Source: a bacterium (GTDB lineage: Bacteria > UBA8248 > JACPRG01 > G963555815). From it: a DNA stretch of 64,000 nucleotides. Position numbers and translations under genes: made by a program. Below are positions 32,730 to 42,070 of this stretch, piece by piece; positions within the stretch are counted from its first letter, which is position 1, and each line of letters opens with the position of its first letter. The DNA lies in NCBI GenBank assembly GCA_965218795.1, contig OZ244653.1:3360001-3424000 (forward strand). The letters are read 5' to 3'. Under the pieces are notes generated by a model. The model did no database searches. It was not told where the DNA came from and was given only the letters and a program-made list of their open reading frames with translations.

Positions 32730-34136
32730 TCAATCCTCGGTTTCACGCACAGAAACAATTGTAGGTCCGCATGGCTGGACTGTCAAACGAGCCAAGGTCC
32801 AGGGACCTGGGATGACATGCGGCCCGGCGGCGATCAGCGCGGCTGAGAGCGAGCGGCCGTCCAGGAGGAGGTCCGCGATCACGCGCCCGCCCCACTTCCC
32901 CCAAGACGGATCCCGGATAACGACTGTCCGGGCCGCGGCAATCGCCGACCGGGTGAAGGCCGCGGCGGCCCGCCCGGCGAGGAGAAGTGGGGGCAGGATT
33001 CGTAAAATCACATGGCCTCCGCCTTGATTCTCTTGTCTTGGGAGTCTCGGAGTAAAGTTAAAATCTTCCCGTTTCGCGGTGAACTGGTAAGCTTGATTTG
33101 GACGCTTTGGGGAGCTTCCGGTCCAGTAGAGGTAATTCCACATGTGGTTGTAATGGCGCAAATGCCAAATCGGATATTGATAAACGAGATAATCGCTCCG
33201 GAGCGCAACGCCGAATGCCGCGAATGCCGAATGGCTCATGTCCCCGATGGCGCCTCCAGAGATGACGTCTTTGATCCGGTCGGAGGGGATTCGCGCCGGT
33301 AAGGACCTGGGCCCGCCCTTCGGTTCTATTCCAACTCGACGGTAAAAATTCTCAATCGTACCCAGAGCCTTACGGAAAACGTCCTCGCTGGTTCCCGTGC
33401 TCTGATGAATGACCTGATCAAGCTCGTGGTGGTAGGCCTCGGGCTTGCGTCCGGTCTTTGAGTAGAAGGCCTGCGTCAACTCAAGAAAGCTCAGAGGAAT
33501 CCCTCCGCGTTCGTAATGGGCGTTGTACAGGGGATCCATCAACACCCACTTTCGATGATCGGACGACCAGGCCTCCGCCGTTATGTGACGGTATCCAATC
33601 ACCTCGCGGGCTGGAATTCCGACCACGCCGGCCGCCTGCACGAATAGCGTCGCCGCCTCCCCGCACATCATCCGCTCGTTTCTTTGTATCCCCCGCAGGA
33701 GTGTGAAGCCTCCCTTGCCCTCACGGGTCAGCGAGTACGGAATCTTCGAGAGTGTCAGGGGCCAAACCTTTTCGTGCGTCCACTGACGAATACGAATGGC
33801 CTTGTTGAAATTGGAAGTCGTGGAAGCGACCAGGGCATCCAGTTTGTTCTGCTTGCGAAAGGCGACCGCCGACGGGTGGCTTGGGTCCAGCAAGTCGAAG
33901 CCCACGCTTGAACCGGACCTGACGGGTCGGATTCCCTCTTTCCAGTCGAACAGATAACTTGTCAGAACATTCTTTCGGAAGGCCAGATACCCCTTCAGGG
34001 GATTTTCGAAATAAGCGGCAAAATGCGCATAGGAAATGTTTGGATAATTTCCCCGGTAGTCGAGTCCGAAGAATGTAGACAATCCGACCAAGGCCAATAG
34101 GGAAAGAGAAATTAAGTATCTCGGAAGCTGTGTCAC
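32730..34136 (-). CDS. Transglutaminase-like domain protein with N-terminal membrane/signal segment, reading through into a thermonuclease-like fragment
   Basis: MCGEAA..HITAEAW..WVLMDP Cys-His-Asp triad; C-terminal GKWGGRVIADLLLDGRSLSAALIAAG. Confidence 0.7.
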   Translation of the reverse strand: MTQLPRYLISLSLLALVGLSTFFGLDYRGNYPNISYAHFAAYFENPLKGYLAFRKNVLTSYLFDWKEGIRPVRSGSSVGFDLLDPSHPSAVAFRKQNKLDALVASTTSNFNKAIRIRQWTHEKVWPLTLSKIPYSLTREGKGGFTLLRGIQRNERMMCGEAATLFVQAAGVVGIPAREVIGYRHITAEAWSSDHRKWVLMDPLYNAHYERGGIPLSFLELTQAFYSKTGRKPEAYHHELDQVIHQSTGTSEDVFRKALGTIENFYRRVGIEPKGGPRSLPARIPSDRIKDVISGGAIGDMSHSAFAAFGVALRSDYLVYQYPIWHLRHYNHMWNYLYWTGSSPKRPNQAYQFTAKREDFNFTPRLPRQENQGGGHVILRILPPLLLAGRAAAAFTRSAIAAARTVVIRDPSWGKWGGRVIADLLLDGRSLSAALIAAGPHVIPGPWTLARLTVQPCGPTIVSVRETED

Positions 34137-34437
34137 GATTCTCTCTCCTTGATTACGTCGCTATCTTCGGTCCACGACAACCGCGAGGAAAACCCTAAGC
34201 CGTTTCAACATTCTTCCCTTCCCGCTGTCTGCGGTGAGCATTCGGTTTTTCAGGTCCGTCGTTTATGCTGTGTCGGTTCTTTGAATTCGTTGATACATCT
34301 GAGAAGATAAGGAAGCAAAGGATCCTACACCCCCGAAGCGCTTGAGCCTTATCTGTCGGGTGCCGCCCAGCGGTCCGATCTCTAAGCTGGGCTTGTGGGG
34401 TGCCCGTCTGAGAGGAAAATCAGATCAATCTCTCTCG

Positions 34438-34493
34438 CCCTCCTGTGAATCGGCCCTCCTGTGAATCGGCCCTCCCTCCTGTGAATCGGCCCT
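34438..34493 (+). repeat. Tandem repeat, 16-bp unit CCCTCCTGTGAATCGG x3 (one 4-bp slip)
   Basis: Directly visible at 34438-34493. Confidence 0.85.
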
Positions 34494-34779
34494 AATGTAC
34501 TCGGCGATTTCAGAATCAAGCACCGCGTCATCCTCTAAGATCAGGCAGCACTCGGCCGTGGACTGGAGAAAGAGGCTTTGGGCCAAAAGGTGTGATGGTA
34601 GCAGCCCACTATCCTCGCGACTACGGCTGGCAAGTGCTCGGTCCCGGCGCTATCTCGACAGTCAATCCCTTTGACCCATAGTAAACTCTAGGCCCAGGCC
34701 GTCGAGCTGAGCCTGCATTTTTGCGCGGTGCAGCGTAGCGCTGGGAAGGAAAATTAAGTATATCGGATAGCGGCGCCAC
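34494..34779 (-). pseudogene. Glycosyltransferase family 25 remnant
   Basis: PIYLIFLPSATLHRAKMQAQLDGLGLEF and SHL..CLILEDDAVL in different frames, with a stop between them. Confidence 0.65.
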
Positions 34780-34882
34780 GATTCTCTCTCTTTGATTGCG
34801 GCGCTATCTCGGTCTCGGATAGCGACTCCCTCGACTCATCCGACTTACTATAGATTCCCTTCGTGCTCGCCCCGCACGGCCC

Positions 34883-35107
34883 TCATTCGCCCATCGCTCT
34901 TAAGATTTCTTCCCGCGGCGGTTGTGCAAGCGTATCACAGATTTTGAAAATTCGATCCTGTTCATGTCTCGGAAGCTTCTCAAATATGAGGGCAACGGCT
35001 TTCCCGCTGGGGAAGAGGCTCACCTCCTCTGGCGACCGCTCCATTATTCCTTCTGGTAGCAACTCCACCGGATGGCATTGCAGTGCCTTCGCTAGGCGGA
35101 TCATCCA
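34883..35107 (-). pseudogene. C-terminal half of an XRE-type HTH regulator
   Basis: WMIRLAKALQCHPVELL is the end of an XRE HTH; the recognition helices are absent. Confidence 0.6.
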
Positions 35108-35420
35108 GGATCAGCCAGTCGTCTTCAAGGTGGAAGAAGTAGGGTTGGCGCGGCTTCGACCAGAGCGATCTCACGGCCTCGCTGAAGTCAGGAGTGGCTG
35201 GGGCGGAAATCTCGGCGGAGGGGAAACGATCGAGGATGATTTTCTTGCACGCTTCCCCGTCCTCGGCCGTGCCCATGAAGGGATCGATATTCGCGAACAC
35301 CCCGACGATCCGGAAATTGTCAAAAACCTTTTCCCCAAACGACCGCAGGGTGCGCTTAAGGAGTTCCGGCCGACGACCGGCAACCAGGATGAGAGCAATG
35401 TCGGTTTCTTTTACCTCCAT
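35108..35420 (-). pseudogene. GT-A-fold glycosyltransferase N-terminal fragment
   Basis: GRRPELLKRTLRSF..YFFHLEDDW, then joined to the HTH fragment. Confidence 0.6.
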
Positions 35421-35442
35421 CCGTCTTTCCTTTTTCACTTTT

Positions 35443-37036
35443 TCATTTTCGCAAAACGAACAAACCCTCAAGCACACCGGAAAACCAAGAAAATGGGGGG
35501 ATTAAAGAGAGGAGCGCGTCAAGGTCCAGCAAAAAGTCCGCATATGAACCGACGAACTGTCTTATCCTTTCAGGCACCCCCTCCAGATTTTTGGGTATCA
35601 CGTTCGAGCGATATGTTTTCATTGCTCTGAAGCCGCCCTGCCCAAGAATGTCTTTCATACTTTTTTGCGTATAGAGCCGATCGTGATGACCGCGGCGGGG
35701 AAGCCGTCGTGCCAGGAACTCGGCCCAGCTCCACCGATTCGGAAACATCAACAAAACCAGCAAGCCGTTGTTTGATAAAACACGCACCAATTCTTTGAGA
35801 GAGCCAAGTTCGTCTTCAACGTGTTCCAAGACACCACAAGCGAGGACGCTGCCGAAAGAGGCATCGTCAAACGGAAGTTCAATTGTGTCGGTCCCGTAAA
35901 CGGTATTCAGGTTTGCTTCCCTTAGCAAAAGATTCCATGGAGACGGCTCTTTTGGCTCTATCGTATAGGGCCTGTTAACACTAGCGTAGAGCATCGACGA
36001 TGAGTGCGAACAGGATGAACCCGAGGTACAGGGCGTCGAGCTTCTCGAAGCGGGTGAAGATCCGGCGGAAGCCCTTCAATCGACGGAACAGACGCTCGAT
36101 CTCGTTGCGCCTCTTGTACGTCTCCCGGTCGTACTGCCAGGGGTCGACCCGGGTTTTCAGAGGCGGAACCACGGGCGTGAACCCGAGTGCCAGGGCCAGC
36201 CTTTGTGTCTCGCTGCCCTCGTATGCGCGGTCCATCACCAAGGACGGATTGTTGGGCCGCCGACCCAGGCGGTGCAGCAGCTTACGCCCTTCCGGTGCGT
36301 CGTGGGCCTGTCCGGGCGACAGCGCGAAGGTCAGGGCCGTTCGAGCATCCGCGGCAACCAGATGAATCCTGGTGGTCCACCCGCCCCGGGACTGGCCGAT
36401 GGACTGGGGGCCGTTTTTTGTAGCGCACCCGTTCCGTCGGGATGGACCTTGACGATGGCGCTGTCCAGCGACACCGCCTCAAGCTGGATGCGCACGATCC
36501 GTTCCCGCTGCAACTGCTCGAAGACCCGGTCGAGCACCCCGTTCCTGGACCAGCGGTTCATCCGGGTGTAGATGGTGTGCCAGTTGCCGAACCGGGTCGG
36601 CAGCCCCCGCCACTTGCAGCCATGCTCGGCGACGTACAGGATGGCGTTGAGCACTTGCAGGTTCGACAGGCTGACGTTGCCGCGTTGCACCGGCAGGGAG
36701 GGTGCAATGCGTTCGTACTGAGCTTGGGTGATCTCCATCCGCAAAGGATAGCAGGATCTCAATGATTTCTCAATAATTAGTGCTAACAGGCCCTAGGCGG
36801 TGACATCAAATCCTCGGCTGCAAAGGAAGTACGACATTTGCCCGTAGCCGCAAACCCCAGTCAAGTACCTTTTGCCCTGGGTAGAGAAGCGAGGCGATAT
36901 AGTCTGCTTTTCGCTGGTAAGAGACTCTCCCCAAAGGTGTCGATAGGTGGGAAAGATGTTGACACCCCAAATCGAGGGAGCGCTCAACGGTCGTTTTCAG
37001 GTACTCCAATTCATCCTTTCTCTCTTCCTCATTCAT
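35443..37036 (-). pseudogene. Class I SAM-dependent methyltransferase, interrupted by an IS5 and a +1 frameshift
   Basis: KVLDWG|CGYG frameshift near 36853; removing the IS restores FDVTA-YTIEPK; LPFDDASF, GVLEHV. Confidence 0.85.
35968..36793 (-). mobile_element. IS5-family insertion sequence (IS427-like group), 826 bp
   Basis: Terminal IRs GGGCCTGTTAACACTA / TAGTGCTAACAGGCCC, TA duplication, two transposase ORFs joined by a -1 shift at CAAAAAAC; WHTIYTR, MDRAYE, RNEIERLF. Confidence 0.93.
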
Positions 37037-37751
37037 TAAATCCCCCTCCGCGCTTCGTAGCCCTCAAGATGACGCTCCGGCCCAACAGAAGCCTCCACGT
37101 TCCCAGCATCCGCTCAACCGTGCCCGCCTTGGCGTTCATTCCTCTCAGCCACATGGGCAGGGCCAAGGGCAGGAGGAGCCAGTCTTTCGTCTTGATCATG
37201 GTGATCTCGACTCTGTCGAGAAGGAACCCGGAGCGATTCAGGAGGAAAGCAATCGTGGGGAGATAGGGAACCGTTATGTGCCAGGGGACTGGGCCCGGCG
37301 GCGGCTCCAAGGCCTTCCGGCTTAAAGTCTTGAATCCCCCAAACTGACCTCCGAGGAAGTAGAACAGGCGGGATTGGATCTTGTTGACGTTAGGCGTTGA
37401 AAGCACGAGCCGCCCGCCTGGCCGAAGAATGCGAGCGAACTCCTGTAGACAAAACGCGGGCATTTCCAGGTGCTCAATGCCCTCGAGCGAGACAACGGCG
37501 TCGAAGAATACATCGGGGTAGGGTAGGGATTGATTCAGGTCGACAACGTCGAAACGTATCCCCCCCCTCTCTTTCGCGAAAACCTTCGGATCCAAGTCAG
37601 ACGCCCAGACTTCGTGCCCCCGCTCCCGCAACGCATGGGAAAGCGCTCCCTCGCCGCATGGCGAGTCCAGCAGCCTTCCCGGAGAAAGGTCGGAGAGAAG
37701 CCGCAACGCCGCTTCGCGGCGGCGTATTCTGTGTTTGGTCCTTCGCCACAT
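37029..37751 (-). CDS. Class I SAM-dependent methyltransferase
   Basis: LLDSPCGEG, LPYPD..FD, LEGIEHL, LRPGG..LSTPN. Confidence 0.9.
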   Translation of the reverse strand: MWRRTKHRIRRREAALRLLSDLSPGRLLDSPCGEGALSHALRERGHEVWASDLDPKVFAKERGGIRFDVVDLNQSLPYPDVFFDAVVSLEGIEHLEMPAFCLQEFARILRPGGRLVLSTPNVNKIQSRLFYFLGGQFGGFKTLSRKALEPPPGPVPWHITVPYLPTIAFLLNRSGFLLDRVEITMIKTKDWLLLPLALPMWLRGMNAKAGTVERMLGTWRLLLGRSVILRATKRGGGFNE

Positions 37752-37773
37752 AGCGGAAGCCGCTCCGATTGAG

Positions 37774-38517
37774 TCAGAACCTCGTCCAGCTCCAGATGAC
37801 CCTCCCGATCATCCGGAACGTCTGGACCTCTTCGGGTTCGTCCCTGCGCCACACCATGGGCGGGAACCTCGCGCCGTCCGGGTTGTCGGATTCAACGATG
37901 TAGGTCCCCGCGTAATCCGTCAAGCGAATACGCTTGACGATCGCGCCCTCTGACGCGCGGTCGTACAGGCAGTAAAGACGACCGTCTTCTATGAAGGCGG
38001 GAGCATGGTGGACGGCGATCAGCGAGCCTTCCGGCAGCGTGGGCGTCATGGACTCCCCCGTGACACGCACGGCCGTCACCCGGCCCGCAGGCACCCAATC
38101 CGAGTATATGATCGCAAAACCCTCAATGTTGTTCTCCGCGACCACCGCTCCCGCCCCGGCCGCTATCGGGTCTGAGATGAGCGGAATCGCCGTGTAGGAC
38201 TCCGGCCCCTCCAGCTCGTTCACCCGCTCCCTGTATTCCTCGTGCGTCCACACCTCCAGCCTGGACACGGGGGGAAGGCGGCCGCGCCATTGCGCTGCGG
38301 GTTCCGGGGCGTAGGCGCTGCTTGGACCACTCTCCCTCTTGAACCCCTCATGGATCCGAAAAAGGGTGTCTTCAGGGATCCCATGGTTGACCCATTTGCT
38401 GACCAACTGCTCTTTGATCTCCCGCCCAAGGGTCTCACTTAGTCTTTTGGCTGCCTTCCGATTGGTTCCGCCAAGGGCTGTAATCATTTGTTTTGGAAGA
38501 CGCTTCTTCTCAGTCAT
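37774..38517 (-). CDS. Phage CI/LexA-like repressor with S24 peptidase domain
   Basis: LVSKWVNHGIP HTH; IAAG cleavage site; GESMTPTL Ser and IVKRI Lys dyad; IGRVIWS. Confidence 0.88.
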   Translation of the reverse strand: MTEKKRLPKQMITALGGTNRKAAKRLSETLGREIKEQLVSKWVNHGIPEDTLFRIHEGFKRESGPSSAYAPEPAAQWRGRLPPVSRLEVWTHEEYRERVNELEGPESYTAIPLISDPIAAGAGAVVAENNIEGFAIIYSDWVPAGRVTAVRVTGESMTPTLPEGSLIAVHHAPAFIEDGRLYCLYDRASEGAIVKRIRLTDYAGTYIVESDNPDGARFPPMVWRRDEPEEVQTFRMIGRVIWSWTRF

Positions 38518-38535
38518 GAAATATTTCCCGCAATT

Positions 38536-38578
38536 GTTAGCCATTACGATTGACAGTTAGCAATAATGATATCATATT
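38536..38578 (+). promoter_or_regulatory. Rightward sigma70 promoter overlapped by two operator-like direct repeats
   Basis: TTGACA (38550)-17 nt-CATATT (38573); GTTAGCCATTACGAT / GTTAGCAATAATGAT with 20-bp period. Confidence 0.6.
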
Positions 38579-38653
38579 CCTACGGATGAAGTCAAGACGC
38601 CTCCACTACCGGCCCGAGCGGCCCCGTCCTCAAGACCTGAAAGGAGTCATTCC

Positions 38654-39682
38654 ATGTCCGATCAAGTAAAGTTCGGCGTGGCCGGTACAATCGGCGACAA
38701 GGTCGTCGAAACAGCGCACATCGCCGACGACGCCATCACGGAATCGGAAATCGCACCCAACGCCGTGACCGGAGAGAAGATCGGCGAACGGGTCATCAAT
38801 CATACGCACATCGCCGATGACGCCGTCACCACCGACCAACTGGCCAACGAGTCCGTTGTCACCGACAACCTGACCGACGGCGCGGTCATCACGGACAAGA
38901 TCGCCAATGCATCCGTGACAGCCGACAAGATCGCCACCGGAGCCGTGGATACGGAGAAGATCACCAGCGGGGCAATTACCACGGACAAGATCGGCGACCG
39001 GGTCATCAACCACACGCACATCGCCGATGACGCCGTCACCACCGACAACCTGGCCGACGGCGCGGTCATCACGGACAAGCTCGCCAATGCATCCGTGACA
39101 GCCGACAAGATCGCCCCTGACGCCCTGGTGTTCAATATATCTCAACTGCCAGTGGTCCCCCTCGACAAAGGCGGCACGGGCGCCGATAACGCCTCCGATG
39201 CGCGCAGAAACCTCGGCCTCGGCACGGCGGCGACCCGCAATGCAGGCAGGGCCGCTGGCGATGTGCCGGTGCTCGGGTCCAGTGGGAAGCTGGCGGAGGC
39301 CGTGATTCCAGGCGGCTTCGTGCCGGCCGGCACGCGGATGGTCTTCGCACAGGCCGCGCCGCCCGCCGGGTGGACGCAGGATGCAAATTACAACGACCGC
39401 GTTCTGCGTTTCGTGAGCGGGGCGGGCGGGGGAACGGGCGGAAGCAAGAGCGTTGCGGGCGGAAGAGTGAACACCAACACAGAGGGGAGCCATAATCATG
39501 GAGGAGGGTACACGGGGACGGTCAGCGAGGATGGGAACGACTTCCGTGCCGTCCATGTGAGCGGCCAAACAGTATTCACAAGTCAAGCGCATAAACACAC
39601 GATCGGCTCGGGCGGCAACCATTCGCATACCCTCTCTTACAACATCAAATACCGCAACGTCATCGCAGCGACAAAGGATTGA
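38654..39682 (+). CDS. Phage tail-fibre-like protein with decapeptide repeats
   Basis: About 15 repeats like AVTTDKIA; GGTGA..ARRNLGLGTAAT; collar-like PAGTRMVFAQAAPPAGWT; HxH motifs; ends IAATKD; AAGGAG RBS. Confidence 0.8.
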   Translation: MSDQVKFGVAGTIGDKVVETAHIADDAITESEIAPNAVTGEKIGERVINHTHIADDAVTTDQLANESVVTDNLTDGAVITDKIANASVTADKIATGAVDTEKITSGAITTDKIGDRVINHTHIADDAVTTDNLADGAVITDKLANASVTADKIAPDALVFNISQLPVVPLDKGGTGADNASDARRNLGLGTAATRNAGRAAGDVPVLGSSGKLAEAVIPGGFVPAGTRMVFAQAAPPAGWTQDANYNDRVLRFVSGAGGGTGGSKSVAGGRVNTNTEGSHNHGGGYTGTVSEDGNDFRAVHVSGQTVFTSQAHKHTIGSGGNHSHTLSYNIKYRNVIAATKD

Positions 39683-40035
39683 CTCCGGCCAGAAGATCGC
39701 CGGGGTCTGCCCCCGGCTTGTCATTCCCGCCCCCGAGTGCTTCCGTCGGGGGCGGGAGCCCACGGAGCCTGCGCTGCAACCTGCCCTTAGCCGGTCGCTC
39801 CCGCGGGCAGCAGGCGGGAGCTCACGGCTTGTCATCTTCGCGAAGGCAAGCTCAATCGCTCACCCCTGCGCCCCCGCCTGATGATTGCGGGGACAGGCAT
39901 AAGTCCGGGCGCCAGGCAATTTCACCCCTCTCCCTCTGGGAGAGGGCAGGGTGAGGGGGATTCCCCGCCCATATTCCCCGCGCATCTCAGGCCGAGGGCC
40001 GCAACTCGTCCCCCCTGCATGCCTTCGGCAGGGGT
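39681..40035. repeat. Cluster of REP-like palindromes
   Basis: GTCATTCCCGC..GCGGGAGCCCA at 39720; CCCTCTCCCTCTGGGAGAGGGCAGGGTGAGGG at 39926; related copies at 41965-42057. Confidence 0.65.
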
Positions 40036-40051
40036 CCAAAGGAGGAAGGAA

Positions 40052-40405
40052 ATGCCCCGTGAATGTGAAATCCCGCGCAGCGGCTTCTGTCCGGAGAACC
40101 GGAAATGTCCGTGGTGGAACGACGGGATCGTTTTGGACGACCCGGCGGAACCCGCCGGGCAGCCGAAGGTTTATCGGGGATGCGTGATCGACATCTTCAT
40201 CCCGCTCATGCGCGGCGTGGCCGTCACCAGCCGCGAATCGGCCGCCTCGGTCCAGAGCGTCCGAAACGTTATAGCCTCGGGATTTCAGGGGCTGGCCGAG
40301 GCCGCGGGCCTGGACTCAACAAGGGTCGCCAAACGCATCTCGGACGCGGACGAGGCGGCAAACAGGAAGGCTCTCGTAAACCCCGCGCAAGCCAGACAAG
40401 GCTAG
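40052..40405 (+). CDS. Cys-rich phage protein of a kind usually found next to tail-fibre genes
   Basis: C..C..CPWW..GCVI..AASVQSVRN; GGAGG RBS; family recalled from memory. Confidence 0.6.
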   Translation: MPRECEIPRSGFCPENRKCPWWNDGIVLDDPAEPAGQPKVYRGCVIDIFIPLMRGVAVTSRESAASVQSVRNVIASGFQGLAEAAGLDSTRVAKRISDADEAANRKALVNPAQARQG

Positions 40406-41873
40406 CGGCGCAGAACAATATCATCATGAATTCGCAGTTTGAGCCTTCCGATTTCTCGCGTCTCAAGGCTTCTCTATGCGTCGATTCAGGATGATTCTTG
40501 CCAGAGAGCCGGCGTAAACCCAAACCAAAGACCATCACACCAATTGATATGAACCAGGCAACGAGGACAGCGATGTTCCGATTCGGAATCAGCGGCCAAG
40601 CCAGGTAGAGCAGAATGTACAAGAAGGCGTGACCGACAAGGATAGCGATAGGGATTCCGATCGATTCCCAACGAGCCTTTCCAGCCTCGATGAATCGACT
40701 GATGGTGACTCCTGCAAGAACTATCAGAAACGGTTCTGTCGGAGAGCGCAACCGGTTATCCGCATAGAAAATGAGGCACACAAGCAAGACGTGAAAAATG
40801 CCGAGATGAATCAACCAGGCCTTTGGGCTTCCTCTCGTCAGCCAAAATCCGACAACCGCCAGAGGCAAAACGGCAGCGAACGTCCAATTAAAACGGTCAT
40901 CGAAACTCGTGAAGAACAGCTTGACCTTTACCGCGTAGAGACGAACCAGAGCTGACAGCGGACTTGTATTGAAGAACTTCAACGCTTCATTGACATAGGC
41001 CGATCGCTTTACCTTGTAATCTTGAATGGAGGTAAGATAACGGTACTCTGGAAAAAGATGGGGTTCGATCCACATTCCAACAGCGTGAGGATTGTTTCCG
41101 CCTAAAAGAACGCGACCGGCAGACGTTCCTGTTAGAGCAAAAGATCCAACCTTCTTGCTGATATAGATTACGTAGGGAGAAATAACGAAAGCCGCTACCA
41201 GGCAGGCCATGACCGAGTACCCGACCAATCGGCTCCGGGTCGCCTTCCCCTCTTTCGACACCCTTCTCCAAAGGGACCAGCAGATCAGAAGGAAAGGCAA
41301 CACGACAATCGTTGGTCTGGTCAAGGCGGCAAAGGCTATCAAGAGTCCTGCCGCCAACCACCTGACAGGTGTATCATATGAACCCGCAAGGATTGCAATT
41401 GACGCCAGGAAAAGAGGGATATACATCATCTCTGAAGAAATAAAAACCGGGCCTCCAAATCCCCGGAAGAGAATCGCAGGAAGATAGATTGCGTAAATTC
41501 CCGCTCCCATGAGACCGGCTCTTTCACAGTCAATCTTTTTCCCCAAGACGTAGATCGTCAAAACCACGGAAGAGCTCAGAATGAGCGCCTGCATCAATTG
41601 GACGACCTTTACCGATTCCCCGAAGACGCCGAACACTCCAGCCAGGAAAACCGAATAAAAGGGGGCACTGTGGCCGATTCCGGGGACGCTTCCCGACAGG
41701 AATGAACGAGCGCCTCCGATGTATATACCCGAATCAGGTCCAGACCAGTCATTCACCCATAGAGTCGCAATGGCTCGGACGAGAAAAGCGCAAACCAAAA
41801 TCAAAAACAGAATTTTGTGGTTCGTTGAATAATTTTTAGTTCTTCGCCACACTCGAATCTTCATCAGCACCAC
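40269..41873 (-). CDS. GT-C membrane glycosyltransferase (ArnT/PMT-like) with read-through C-terminus
   Basis: PDSGIY, APFYSVFLA, LTRP, GNNP, RLRSP; many TM segments. Confidence 0.82.
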   Translation of the reverse strand: MVLMKIRVWRRTKNYSTNHKILFLILVCAFLVRAIATLWVNDWSGPDSGIYIGGARSFLSGSVPGIGHSAPFYSVFLAGVFGVFGESVKVVQLMQALILSSSVVLTIYVLGKKIDCERAGLMGAGIYAIYLPAILFRGFGGPVFISSEMMYIPLFLASIAILAGSYDTPVRWLAAGLLIAFAALTRPTIVVLPFLLICWSLWRRVSKEGKATRSRLVGYSVMACLVAAFVISPYVIYISKKVGSFALTGTSAGRVLLGGNNPHAVGMWIEPHLFPEYRYLTSIQDYKVKRSAYVNEALKFFNTSPLSALVRLYAVKVKLFFTSFDDRFNWTFAAVLPLAVVGFWLTRGSPKAWLIHLGIFHVLLVCLIFYADNRLRSPTEPFLIVLAGVTISRFIEAGKARWESIGIPIAILVGHAFLYILLYLAWPLIPNRNIAVLVAWFISIGVMVFGLGLRRLSGKNHPESTHREALRREKSEGSNCEFMMILFCAASLVWLARGLREPSCLPPRPRPRCVWRPLLSPGPRPRPAPEIPRL

Positions 41874-42070
41874 TCTCCCGTTTCCCGCCTTCGCAGGACC
41901 GTCCCTCCCCCGCTGCGATCAGGACAGACGCAAGCGAGCGGCCATCCGCAATGAGCGTTGCCGAGCTTTTCATTCCCGCCCCCGCCGGATACATGCGGGG
42001 ACAGGCTTGGCGGGAACCCAGAATAGTGGACCCCGGCCTGAAGCCTGTCGGGGTGACCGATCGAGGGGGA

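Noticed and set aside
34438-34493. Possible mini CRISPR array
   Set aside because: 16-bp units are contiguous with no spacers, and no cas genes are present
38690-39125. Possible CRISPR or DGR template/variable repeat pair
   Set aside because: Repeats are in-frame coding duplications, differences are not adenine-specific, and there is no reverse transcriptase in the window
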